Source: an uncultured delta proteobacterium (GTDB taxonomy: Bacteria > Desulfobacterota > Binatia > UBA9968). From it: a stretch of DNA of 64,000 bases. Position numbers and translations under genes: made by a program. The stretch covers positions 13,162-77,161 of the forward strand of contig CAVXEP010000027.1 in the NCBI GenBank assembly GCA_963760795.1, read 5' to 3'. The notes under the pieces were generated by a model. It was not told the origin of the DNA, ran no database searches, and saw only the letters and a list, made by a program, of their open reading frames with translations. Within the stretch, counting starts at the first letter, position 1. Every line of letters begins with the position of its first letter. Positions 21,060 to 30,083 of the stretch are shown piece after piece.

Positions 21060-22280
21060 ATGAAAAAATTGCTCACGCTGGTTTACGTCGGTCTGATTGT
21101 TTGGAGTTGTTCCGCCGCGCCGTATACGGGCCGCAGCCAGGTGATCTTGGTTTCCGAGGGCCAGGAAACCGCGCTCGGTGACGATGCCTACAAACATGTG
21201 CTGCGCGATAGTGTGATTACGCGCAGCCCGGACGCCGAGCGGATTGTGCGTAAAGTCGGTGAGCGCATCGCCGCGGTAGCGAATAAGCCCGATTACAAAT
21301 GGGAGTTCACGGTGATCAACGATCCGGAGATGGTCAATGCCTTCGCTGTCCCGGGCGGCAAGGTCGCGGCCTATACCGGAATTTTCGCGCCAGCGCGGGA
21401 TGAGGCGGGTTTGGCGGTGGTGCTTGGCCATGAGGTTGCCCATGCTTTGGCGCGTCATCCCGCCGAGCGCATGAGCCAAGGCATGCTGCTGCAATTGGGC
21501 GGTGTCGGTCTCGGAGTTGCGCTGGGAAAAAATCCGGCTATGGCCAATCAAGTTTTGCAGGCTTACGGAATCATCGGCGGAGTCGGTGTGGCGTTACCAT
21601 TTGGCCGTTCGCAAGAAACCGAAGCGGATCGCATCGGCTTGATTCTCATGGCCAAAGCGGGTTACGACCCGCGTGTCGCAGTGGACCTGTGGCAGCGTAT
21701 GGAAACCATGGAAAAGAAGGATGGCGCGAAGGGGCGGCCGCCGGAGTTTCTTTCGACCCATCCCGGCTACGAAACCCGAGTGCAAAATATTCGTTCGTTT
21801 CTACCGGAAGCCTTGTCCTACTATCAGCCGAGCAACGCGCGACTCGAAACCCTGCCGTCGCCGGAATCATTGGACACGCCGGCGGCAAAGTCCGAGCGCG
21901 AACTGCTCAAGCGCATCGAGGCGATCAATCGCGCCGTCGAGCAGCAGAACGGTGAACGCGCGGTGGTTGAGGCCTTGGCTTACGAGTTACGGCTGAGTCC
22001 ACAGTCACTGGTTCAGGAGCGGCAGCAACTCCAGACCGGTTATGGCCAGTACGCGGCGCTGCGAGGTGTTGCGTTTCTCGGCCGCAGTTCACTTAGCCGG
22101 GTCGCGGACGATTATCAACGTGGCCGGCCATGGTCGGAAGTCGCGTCCACTAACGGCACGCGGTTGAACGAACTGATGGTTTGGCTTGGCGAGGTGATTC
22201 GCACGACAAACAACTGGGGCAGCAACTGCAACGGCAACCAGGGCGGCCATCGACGCGCTATCGATGACCCATCGCTTTGA
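21060..22280 (+). CDS. M48 family zinc metallopeptidase (probable lipoprotein) with C-terminal extension
   Basis: NAFAVPGGK, HEVAH, SQETEAD and FLSTHP motifs. A frameshift near 22205 is likely (alternative frame reads QLGQQLQRQPGRPSTRYR*). Confidence 0.85.
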   Translation: MKKLLTLVYVGLIVWSCSAAPYTGRSQVILVSEGQETALGDDAYKHVLRDSVITRSPDAERIVRKVGERIAAVANKPDYKWEFTVINDPEMVNAFAVPGGKVAAYTGIFAPARDEAGLAVVLGHEVAHALARHPAERMSQGMLLQLGGVGLGVALGKNPAMANQVLQAYGIIGGVGVALPFGRSQETEADRIGLILMAKAGYDPRVAVDLWQRMETMEKKDGAKGRPPEFLSTHPGYETRVQNIRSFLPEALSYYQPSNARLETLPSPESLDTPAAKSERELLKRIEAINRAVEQQNGERAVVEALAYELRLSPQSLVQERQQLQTGYGQYAALRGVAFLGRSSLSRVADDYQRGRPWSEVASTNGTRLNELMVWLGEVIRTTNNWGSNCNGNQGGHRRAIDDPSL

Positions 22281-22381
22281 CAAAGGCGGCGATTTTATAT
22301 AAGAATTTCATTTAGGGGATCGTTGCCGGAGTGATCAGAAGAGCACCTAAACATATTTCCAATAAAATGCATTCCAAGTCT

Positions 22382-22412
22382 AAAAATGCACCCAACTGGG
22401 TGCATTTTTTTT
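22382..22412. terminator. Intrinsic (bidirectional) terminator
   Basis: AAAAATGCACCC-AACT-GGGTGCATTTTTTTT: perfect hairpin with T-tract. Confidence 0.75.
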
Positions 22413-22433
22413 ATCTGAACGGGGGATTCGAAA

Positions 22434-23167
22434 TTGCACGCGCAAATTGAAATCTTGGCTTCTCTGCAAACCGTCGATCGCGAGATCAAAGAGCAGACAG
22501 GATTGAAACAAGGTCTGCTGAGCGAACTCCATGCCAAGGAGCTTGATATCCAAGCCAAACGGAAGGAGGTGGATGCGCTGGTTGCTGCCGTTGCCGAGAA
22601 AGAAAAGCTTCGCGCTGAGAAAGACCGGGTGTTTCAGGACGAAGGTAGGAAGGCGGTGGACAAGCGCATGCGCGTGAATCGCGTCAAGAACTCCAAGGAG
22701 CTCCAGGCGCTGCAACGGGAGATCGATCTTATGCGCTTGAGCAACGGCGAGCTCGAAGACGAACTGATCATGATCATGCAGGAGATCGACACGATCACGG
22801 CGAGCAAAACGGCCAAGGAAGCCGAAATGGCGGCTGCTCCAGGGGGCTTGGCAGAAACAGCAACAAGAACTTGGCGGACAAATCAGTCGTATCGATCAGG
22901 CGGTGACTGAGGCTCTCTCACGGCGCCAAAGCATCGCCGCCAATCTGGCACGCGACTTGATCTCGCGCTATGAGCTGATTTTTTCCCGGCGTAGCGGCAC
23001 GGCCGTGGTGGAGATCGCCGGCGGTATCTGCCAAGGTTGCTTCATGAACATCCCACCGCAGATGAGCAATGAGATCAGTAGCAGCGATAAAATTCATATT
23101 TGCCCGAGCTGTCAACGCATCGTTTACATCAAGCCCGTCGGAGCTAGAAGAGGCCAAGTCAGCTTAA
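22434..23167 (+). pseudogene. C4 zinc-ribbon coiled-coil protein (DUF164/CT398-like), frameshifted near 22838 and near 23135
   Basis: Coiled coil with KNSKELQALQREID, then CQGCFMNIPPQ...CPSCQRIVY in another frame; typical neighbour of RNase H and rnpB. Confidence 0.75.
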
Positions 23168-23318
23168 CGGCTTCGCGGTTTAGTCCAACAATTTCCCGAC
23201 TCATACTGGCGCGTCGCCGAAGGTTAGGATTCGGCAATAGTCCGCAGGCGATTCTATTTATCGATCGTTTACGATTAGCCGGGCTGGAGTGGATCTCCCG
23301 TAGCGGAATTAGACTAAG

Positions 23319-23719
23319 AGTGGGTGTTGATGGTCGATGGCGCGGCCCGTGGGAATCCGAGGCCGGCCGGTTGCGGCGCAGTTATTTTTACTGCAAACGG
23401 CACCGTGGCCAGGGAGCTAAGCCGCTATCTTGGTATACGACCAATAATGTCGCGGAGAAGGTTGCTCTGCTGATGGGGCTTGAAGCCGTTGATCGAGCTC
23501 AAGCGCAAGCGAATCCCGTGCACAGCGATTTGCAACTGCTGGTGCGTCAATTCAGCGGCGAGTATCGGGTTAGGTAGCGAGAAGTTGCAGCTGCTCTATC
23601 AGCGCGCGACCGGTTTGTTGCGTCAGTTTGGTTCCTATCGTATCGTTCATGGGCGGCGGGAATTTAACCAAGTTGCCGACCGTCTAGCCAACCGCGGCAC
23701 CGTCGATGCCGCAAGATGA
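23319..23719 (+). pseudogene. rnhA: Ribonuclease HI (archaeal/actinobacterial-type RNase H) with several frameshifts
   Basis: Motifs recoverable across frames: VDGAARGNP/PAGCG, TTNNVAE, SDLQLLVRQ..GEYRV, RREFNQVADRLAN. Confidence 0.75.
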
Positions 23720-23723
23720 CAGA

Positions 23724-24099
23724 GCGTGGGCTAAAGTGGATCAAGCGATCGCCTCCGCGCGAGCGGAGGAGGAAAGTCCGGACTCCATAGGACAGGGTGG
23801 CCGTTAACGACGGCTCCGAGCGATCGGGGGAAAGTACCACAGAAAACGCACCGCCTGCCGCTACGGCGGCCGGTAAGGTTGAAAAGGCGAGGTAAGAGCT
23901 CACCGGTTCGCCAGCGATGGCGAACGCATGGCAAACCCCACCTGGAGCAAGGCCAAATAGGAGGGTTGGGCGGTCCGCCCATAGCCCTCGGGTAAGGTCG
24001 CTCGATCCCTTGAGCAATCAAGGGACTAGATGAATGATCGCTGTGGCTGCTTTGCCAGCCATTACAGAATCCGGCTTACCGATCCGCTTTAGCCCACGC
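23724..24099 (+). ncRNA. rnpB: RNase P RNA, bacterial type A
   Basis: GAGGAAAGTCCGGACTCC, GGCAAACCCC...GGAGCAAG and ACAGAATCCGGCTTA motifs; long P1 helix gcgtgggctaaagtggatc / gatccgctttagcccacgc. Confidence 0.97.
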
Positions 24100-24338
24100 A
24101 TATTTGAGGACGCAGCTATAACCACCTCTTGCGTTGAAGGCGGCTTCGCTTCCTCTTTCCCTTGGTTCCCGCAGCTCAGACTCTAGCCATTCAATTATCT
24201 CTGATTTCACCAGGTTCTACGGATTTGTAATTCGGTCTGGCGGGATCAGCATTCCTGAGTCTATCAGTTCAGACCGGCATCCTAGCCAAGAACCGACAAA
24301 AAATCCCTGTAAAGTCGCAATGTTTTTCGATTTATTCA

Positions 24339-24392
24339 TTGACAGTTTCTTGGCTAAGGTTATAAAGTGGGCCAGTGACTTGCCATTGTGGG
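24339..24392 (+). promoter_or_regulatory. dcw (mra) promoter with MraZ-box-like GTGGG repeats
   Basis: TTGACA at 24339 and TATAAA at 24361; GTGGG at 24367 and 24388, upstream of mraZ. Confidence 0.6.
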
Positions 24393-24430
24393 AGTAAAAC
24401 CCATGGAAGGTCATTGCGGGGACGCCTTTT

Positions 24431-24889
24431 ATGTTTCGCGGCAGATACGATCACACCATCGACGGCAAGGGCCGATTGAGCATTCCGGCAAATTTTCGTC
24501 AGTGGCTTACTGCCAATGGTGAAAGCCAATTGATCGTCACCAACAATAGTTTCAAAGATAAGAATTGCCTCGACGTGTATCCCTTCGGTGAATGGCAAAA
24601 ATTGGAGCAGGAGATCTTACAGCAACAGAAAAATTCCGATCCGGACATGTCGCATTTTCTAAACTTCTATTTGAGCTCCGCGACGCCATGTGAACTGGAT
24701 GCCCATGGTCGGATTCTCGTTCCGGAAGACTTGCGAGAATTTGCCGAGCTCAAGCGCGATGTTGTTTTGGTTTCAAGGCTGAAAAAATTTCAGGTGTGGG
24801 ACAAAGCGAACTGGAAGGAAGTTTTTGCAGATTCCAAAGAGAAAATCGCGAATAACCCGGGTCTCATGCGCAGCTTGGGAATTCCATAG
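24431..24889 (+). CDS. mraZ: Division/cell wall cluster transcriptional repressor MraZ
   Basis: MFRGRYDHTIDGKGRLSIPA and LDAHGRILVP (two AbrB-like repeats). Confidence 0.95.
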   Translation: MFRGRYDHTIDGKGRLSIPANFRQWLTANGESQLIVTNNSFKDKNCLDVYPFGEWQKLEQEILQQQKNSDPDMSHFLNFYLSSATPCELDAHGRILVPEDLREFAELKRDVVLVSRLKKFQVWDKANWKEVFADSKEKIANNPGLMRSLGIP

Positions 24890-24922
24890 GAGCGGCGCTT
24901 ACCGGACAAAGGAGAGCAATGA

Positions 24923-25285
24923 ATGCTGGCGCGTAAGGCGATTCAAGATATCTCGGTCATCGATATCAGCGGCGATATCGACTTTCGGGAAATGATCCGC
25001 ATCAAAGATACCATCGGTTCGTTCATCGAACATGATCGCATCAAGGTGGTGCTCAATTTGCGGGCGGTGGACCACATCAACTACTTGAGCATCGGCGTTC
25101 TGCTTGAGCGGCTCAAGGCGCTGCGCAATGTCAACGGCGATTTGAAACTTTCGGGCATGAGTCCGTTCTTGCGCGATATTTTCAGAGTCGTCGGCATGGA
25201 CCGCTTTTTCGAAGAATACCACTCGCTCGAGGATGCTATCGAAAGCTTCGACGACGATTGGGAGGGCGACGGCACCAGCCATTAA
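24923..25285 (+). CDS. STAS domain protein (anti-sigma factor antagonist fold)
   Basis: RBS ggaga; VIDISGDIDF, VVLNLRAVDHI, GDLKLSG and IFRVVGMDRFF match the STAS pattern. Confidence 0.85.
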   Translation: MLARKAIQDISVIDISGDIDFREMIRIKDTIGSFIEHDRIKVVLNLRAVDHINYLSIGVLLERLKALRNVNGDLKLSGMSPFLRDIFRVVGMDRFFEEYHSLEDAIESFDDDWEGDGTSH

Positions 25286-25288
25286 GCT

Positions 25289-26216
25289 GTGTACGCTCAT
25301 GTCTCCGTACTGGTGCGCGAGGTGATGGATTTTCTTCAACCTGCGCCGGGCAAGCGTTACATCGACGGCACATTGGGCGGCGGTGGTCACAGTGAAGCGA
25401 TTCTATCGGCGAGCGGCCCCGATGGCCAGGTATTGGGACTGGACCGGGACGATGAGGCGGTCGCCGCGGCCAGTGAGCGGTTGAAGCGATTCGGCGCTCG
25501 GTTGACCGCGCGGCAAGCGAGTTTCGCCGACAGCCCGCGAGGTTCTCAGCGAGATCGGTTGGGACAAAGTTGATGGTGTTATTTTGGACTTAGGGGTTTC
25601 GTCGTGGCAAATCGATGCAGCGGAGCGCGGATTTAGTTTTCGCTTGGGCGGGCGCTTGGATATGCGCATGGATCGCCGGCAATCTCTCGACGCCTGCCGG
25701 CTGGTTAACACGGCCACGGTCGATGAGCTGATGCGAATATTTCGGGCTTATGGCGAGGAGCCGCAAGCGCGGCGCATCGCCGAGCGGATCGCCGCCGAAA
25801 GAAAGCTCCGGCCCATCGAGAGTACCGATGAGCTGGCGCGCTTGGTTGAGCGGGTCAAAGGCGGCAGGCGCCGCGACCATCATCCGGCGACCCAGGTGTT
25901 TCAGGCGCTGCGCATCGCCGTGAACCAGGAGCTCGACCAGTTGGAACATTTTCTCGACGATGGTTTTGCCTTGCTTCGGCCTAACCGGCGCTTGGTGATT
26001 ATTTCGTTTCATTCGTTGGAAGATCGTTTGGTGAAGAATGCCTTTCGCAAATGGAGCCGCGCTTGTTTATGTCCGCCGCGGGCGCTGGTTTGCCAGTGCG
26101 GTTGGAGCCAGAAGGTGAAACTCTTAACCAAAAAACCGCTAGTGCCGGGCGATACTGAGACGGCGGCCAACCCGCGCGCCCGGTCGGCCAAATTACGCGC
26201 CGTCGAGCGCATTTGA
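25289..26216 (+). CDS. rsmH: 16S rRNA m4C1402 methyltransferase RsmH (apparent 1-base insertion near 25532)
   Basis: HVSVL, DGTLGGGGHS, DLGVSS, LDMRM, FQALRIAVN, SFHSLED and NPRARSAKLR; split over two frames. Confidence 0.9.
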
Positions 26217-26225
26217 GTCACAGCC

Positions 26226-26567
26226 ATGGCAACTGCGGTTGAACTTGGAAATCAACGTTTCGCCCGCCCCAAGCGCGCACACCGCGCCGCTCAGGCGACG
26301 CGCCGGCACCGCCATTTGGGCGTGGCTTTACTCATCGTCATGCTGCTCGGTATCGTGCTGGTCCATGTTTGGTTGCGTTTGCAGGTTGTCCATATGGGAT
26401 ACGTGCTCGCCACCGCGAGTAAGTTACAGAGCCGTTTGGAGCAGGAGAATCGCGAGCTCAAAGTCGAGCTGGCGACTTTGACGACGCGGGATCGGCTCAA
26501 TGAGATGGCGCGCCGCCGTTTGGGTCTGGCAGCGCCGCAGAAAGGTCAGGTCATCGTTCTACCATGA
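26226..26567 (+). CDS. ftsL: Cell division protein FtsL
   Basis: Single TM helix plus leucine zipper and ARRRLGL; located between rsmH and ftsI. Confidence 0.85.
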   Translation: MATAVELGNQRFARPKRAHRAAQATRRHRHLGVALLIVMLLGIVLVHVWLRLQVVHMGYVLATASKLQSRLEQENRELKVELATLTTRDRLNEMARRRLGLAAPQKGQVIVLP

Positions 26568-28513
26568 GACGTTCGCTTAAACGAAATCGCCTGCGCATGG
26601 GCTGTGTGAAAATTGTTTTCCTGCTGGTTTTTTTGATCGTCGGCGGACGCGCGTTTCACTTGCAAGTTTTCCAAGGCGACAAGTTGATGCGCCTCGGCCA
26701 GCGCCAGCATTTGAAGGAATGGATCGTCCTACCCAAGCGCGGCGCGTTGTACGACCGCGGCAGCGAGCCATTGGCATTGAGCTTGGAGTCGCAGTCGGTT
26801 TACGTCCGGCCCCACAGGCTCCAGAACCACGCCGAAGCCAACCTGAAGTTGGCCCGTATCCTCAATATGAAACGCGCCGATATGGAGCAAAAGCTCGCTG
26901 CCAAAAAACCCTTCGTTTGGCTCAAGCGCCAGGTCTCGCCAGCGGAAGCGGAGCAGATTCAAGCGCTCCATATGGACGGCATTGGCATGTACTTGGAACC
27001 CACGCGCTACTATCCGCAGGGCGGCTTGGCCGGACATTTGTTGGGGTTCGTCAATCGCGATTCCGAAGGGCTCGAGGGTATCGAGCTGCGATACAACGAC
27101 TATATTCGCGGTGCGGCGGGATCTTCAGTGTCCGAACGGGATGCTCTCGGGCGCCGCGTTTTGGTCGAGGGGGTGGAAGGGCTACGGGTGCCACCCGGCA
27201 GCGATGTCTATCTGACTCTGGATTCGCCGATCCAGCATTTGGCGGAAAAAGAACTGGCAGCGACGATTCAAAAATATCGCGCCAAGGCGGGGGTCGCGAT
27301 CGTGGTCGATCCCGCCACCGGCGAAGTCTTGGCGTTGGCTAATTATCCAACCTTCGATCCCAACTATGCCGCGCAACAAAGCGCCGACCAACGGCGTAAT
27401 CGCGCGGTGACCGACAGCTTCGAACCTGGGTCGACATTTAAAACTATTCTTGCGGCCGCGGCGCTCGAAGAAGGGGTGGTCGGCAAGGACGACCTGTTTT
27501 ACTGTGAAATGGGCAAGTATAACTATGCCGGCCGGGTGATCCATGACACCCATCCGCAGGGTTGGCTGCCGTTTTCAAAAATTCTCCAGGTGTCGAGTAA
27601 TATCGGTTTTACCAAGGTCGCGGAGAAGCTCAACAAGGACCGGTATTTCAAATACATCGACAAATTCGGTTTTGGCCGGGTGACGGGCCTCGACGTGCCC
27701 GGCGAGGTTCCCGGTTTGCTGCGTAAACCGGAAACCTGGTCGGGTGTCGATCTGGCGACCCATGCGTTCGGTCAGGGTGTATCGACGACGCCGATGCAGA
27801 TGGTCATGGCTTATGCGGCGATCGCCAACGGCGGTATTCTCATGCGTCCCTACGTAACCCGCAAAATTGTTAACCCGCAGGGCGAGGTCTTGGTCGAAAA
27901 CCAGCCGCATATTGTCCGCCGGGTGATTTCCGAGAAGACGGCGAAGCTGTTGGCGTCGATGCTGCGCGATGTCACCAACGAAGGCGGCACCGGCGTGGCG
28001 GCGAAAGTCGATGGCTTCGAAGTCGCCGGCAAAACCGGCACGGCGCAGAAGGCCGAGCGCGGCGGTTACTCGGCGAAGAAACGGGTGAGTTCGTTCATTG
28101 GCTTCGTCCCGGCGGATAATCCGCGCTTGGTGTCGTTGGTCTTAGTCGATGAACCGGAAGGGAATGTTTATGGCGGCGTGGTCGCCGCACCGGCATTCCG
28201 CAATATCGCTCAGGGCGCCTTGCGCCAACTCGCGGTGGCGCCACGCGACGGCGCAGTGATGCCGAGCGCATCGGCGCAAGCCGAGTCTTCGCTGGCGCGT
28301 CCAGTCAAGCGCGCCGGGGTTCAGCTGGTTTCCATCAATGGCGACGCGGTACCGGATTTTCTCGGTCTGAGCATGCGCGAGGCCCTGGAGAAAGCGCAGT
28401 CGCTAAGAATTTCTTTGAAAGTGCAGGGCAACGGCTATGTCGTGAAGCAGGCACCCGCGCCGGGCGAGCGCCGGCCGGAAGGCCAAGCGGTGGTGGTAAA
28501 TCTGCAAGGATGA
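26564..28513 (+). CDS. ftsI: Penicillin-binding protein 3 with C-terminal PASTA domain
   Basis: RGALYDR, EPGSTFK (SxxK), SSN, KTGT and VPDFLGLSMREA. Confidence 0.93.
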   Translation: MRRSLKRNRLRMGCVKIVFLLVFLIVGGRAFHLQVFQGDKLMRLGQRQHLKEWIVLPKRGALYDRGSEPLALSLESQSVYVRPHRLQNHAEANLKLARILNMKRADMEQKLAAKKPFVWLKRQVSPAEAEQIQALHMDGIGMYLEPTRYYPQGGLAGHLLGFVNRDSEGLEGIELRYNDYIRGAAGSSVSERDALGRRVLVEGVEGLRVPPGSDVYLTLDSPIQHLAEKELAATIQKYRAKAGVAIVVDPATGEVLALANYPTFDPNYAAQQSADQRRNRAVTDSFEPGSTFKTILAAAALEEGVVGKDDLFYCEMGKYNYAGRVIHDTHPQGWLPFSKILQVSSNIGFTKVAEKLNKDRYFKYIDKFGFGRVTGLDVPGEVPGLLRKPETWSGVDLATHAFGQGVSTTPMQMVMAYAAIANGGILMRPYVTRKIVNPQGEVLVENQPHIVRRVISEKTAKLLASMLRDVTNEGGTGVAAKVDGFEVAGKTGTAQKAERGGYSAKKRVSSFIGFVPADNPRLVSLVLVDEPEGNVYGGVVAAPAFRNIAQGALRQLAVAPRDGAVMPSASAQAESSLARPVKRAGVQLVSINGDAVPDFLGLSMREALEKAQSLRISLKVQGNGYVVKQAPAPGERRPEGQAVVVNLQG

Positions 28514-30072
28514 CGCCGATGCGAGTACGCGAGTTCTTAGCGTTGCACGAGGTCCAACAGGCCGACGGTGATCTGGAGCAGGAGGTGCAGGGCTTAACTT
28601 ACGACTCGCGCCAAGCGACTGCGGGAAAAGTTTTCTTCGCCGTGCCAGGCGAACAGGCCGACGGCCATGACTACATCGGCGAAGCGGTCAAGCGCGGCGC
28701 CGCCGCGGTGGTTTTGTCGCGCGCCGGTGCTTGGCCCCAGGCGCCGGCAACGGTGCGGGTCAACAATGTCAGAAACGCCATGGGGTTGTGGGCGGCGCAT
28801 TTTTATCAGCGCCCGAGCCGCAAGCTACGGCTGGTCGGCGTTACCGGCACCAATGGCAAAACCACCTTGACCTACTTGGTCGAGTCGATATTGCACGAGG
28901 CCGGCCTAGAGCCTGGAGTCATCGGCACGATCAACTACCGCTACTGCGGCCGCGCGTTGCCGTCGCATCATACGACCCCCGAGTCCCTCGACTTGCAAGA
29001 GTTGCTGGCGGAGATGGTGCGGAGCGGGGTGCAGGCGGTGGCGATGGAAGTCTCATCCCATGCGCTAGCGCAGGCAAGAGTACGCGGTCTCGACTTCGAT
29101 GTCGGCGTGTTTACCAATTTGACCCGCGATCATCTCGACTATCATCGTGACATGGACGACTACTTTGCCGCCAAGAGCCGCTTGTTCAACGACTACTTGC
29201 CGGCGTCGGTGAAGGCTCATAAGGCGGCGGTGATTTACGGTAATGATCCGCGCGGCGAGCAATTGATCGCTGCCTGCCGGGCGCAGGGCTTGGCGGTGTG
29301 GAGCTATGGCGACCGCGGCGCGTGGGATGTCTGTCCGGTGCAAGTTAGCCAAGTTGCCATTGATGTCGGCGGCATCCGCGGCGAGATCCGCGCCAAGGAG
29401 CGCCGGCTAAACATCGCCTCGTCGCTGGTGGGCTCGGTGAACTTGCAAAATATTTTGGGCGCCGTTGGGGTCGGCTGCGCCCTGGGATTGAGCGACGACG
29501 TGATCACCCGCGGCATCGCGCGCTTATCAGCCGTGCCAGGGCGGTTGGAAAAAGTCGACAATGGGCGCGGGGTCGCCGTCTTGGTGGATTACGCCCATAC
29601 GCCCGATGCCCTGGAAAAAGCGCTGCAGGTGGCGCGGCAGTTGACCGACGGGAAATTAATCGCGGTGTTCGGTTGCGGCGGTGATCGCGACCGCGGCAAA
29701 CGGCCGTTGATGGGCGAAATCGCCGCGCGGCTGAGCGACTTCGCGGTGCTGACCTCCGACAATCCGCGCACCGAAGAGCCATCGGCGATACTCGCCGACG
29801 TCGAAGCCGGCGTGCGCCAAGTCGGCATCGCCAAACTCGACGCGTCGCGGCCTACCGCCGGCATGACCGGCACGGCGGAACGGCGCGGCTATTACGTCGA
29901 AGCCGACCGGCGCGCGGCGATCCGCTTGGCGCTGGCGATTGCCGGCGCCGGCGATACCGTGCTGATCGCCGGCAAGGGACATGAGGACTATCAGATTTTA
30001 GGCAAGACGAAGTTTCATTTCGACGATCGGGAGGTGGCGCGCGAAGCGATCGCAGCGCGCGCCAACGGCTAA
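28510..30072 (+). CDS. murE: UDP-MurNAc-Ala-Glu--meso-DAP ligase
   Basis: GTNGKTT, MEVSSH, DYAHTPD, DNPR (DAP-specific) and GKGHE. Confidence 0.95.
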   Translation: MTPMRVREFLALHEVQQADGDLEQEVQGLTYDSRQATAGKVFFAVPGEQADGHDYIGEAVKRGAAAVVLSRAGAWPQAPATVRVNNVRNAMGLWAAHFYQRPSRKLRLVGVTGTNGKTTLTYLVESILHEAGLEPGVIGTINYRYCGRALPSHHTTPESLDLQELLAEMVRSGVQAVAMEVSSHALAQARVRGLDFDVGVFTNLTRDHLDYHRDMDDYFAAKSRLFNDYLPASVKAHKAAVIYGNDPRGEQLIAACRAQGLAVWSYGDRGAWDVCPVQVSQVAIDVGGIRGEIRAKERRLNIASSLVGSVNLQNILGAVGVGCALGLSDDVITRGIARLSAVPGRLEKVDNGRGVAVLVDYAHTPDALEKALQVARQLTDGKLIAVFGCGGDRDRGKRPLMGEIAARLSDFAVLTSDNPRTEEPSAILADVEAGVRQVGIAKLDASRPTAGMTGTAERRGYYVEADRRAAIRLALAIAGAGDTVLIAGKGHEDYQILGKTKFHFDDREVAREAIAARANG

Positions 30073-30083
30073 GTTTACCAGGC

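Noticed and set aside
22903-23577. Zinc ribbon-RNase H fusion protein (224-aa ORF)
   Set aside because: Produced by frameshifts; the middle portion is out-of-frame sequence.
25525-25540. Programmed frameshift in rsmH
   Set aside because: No slippery sequence; a single extra base in a region with other indels is better explained as an error.
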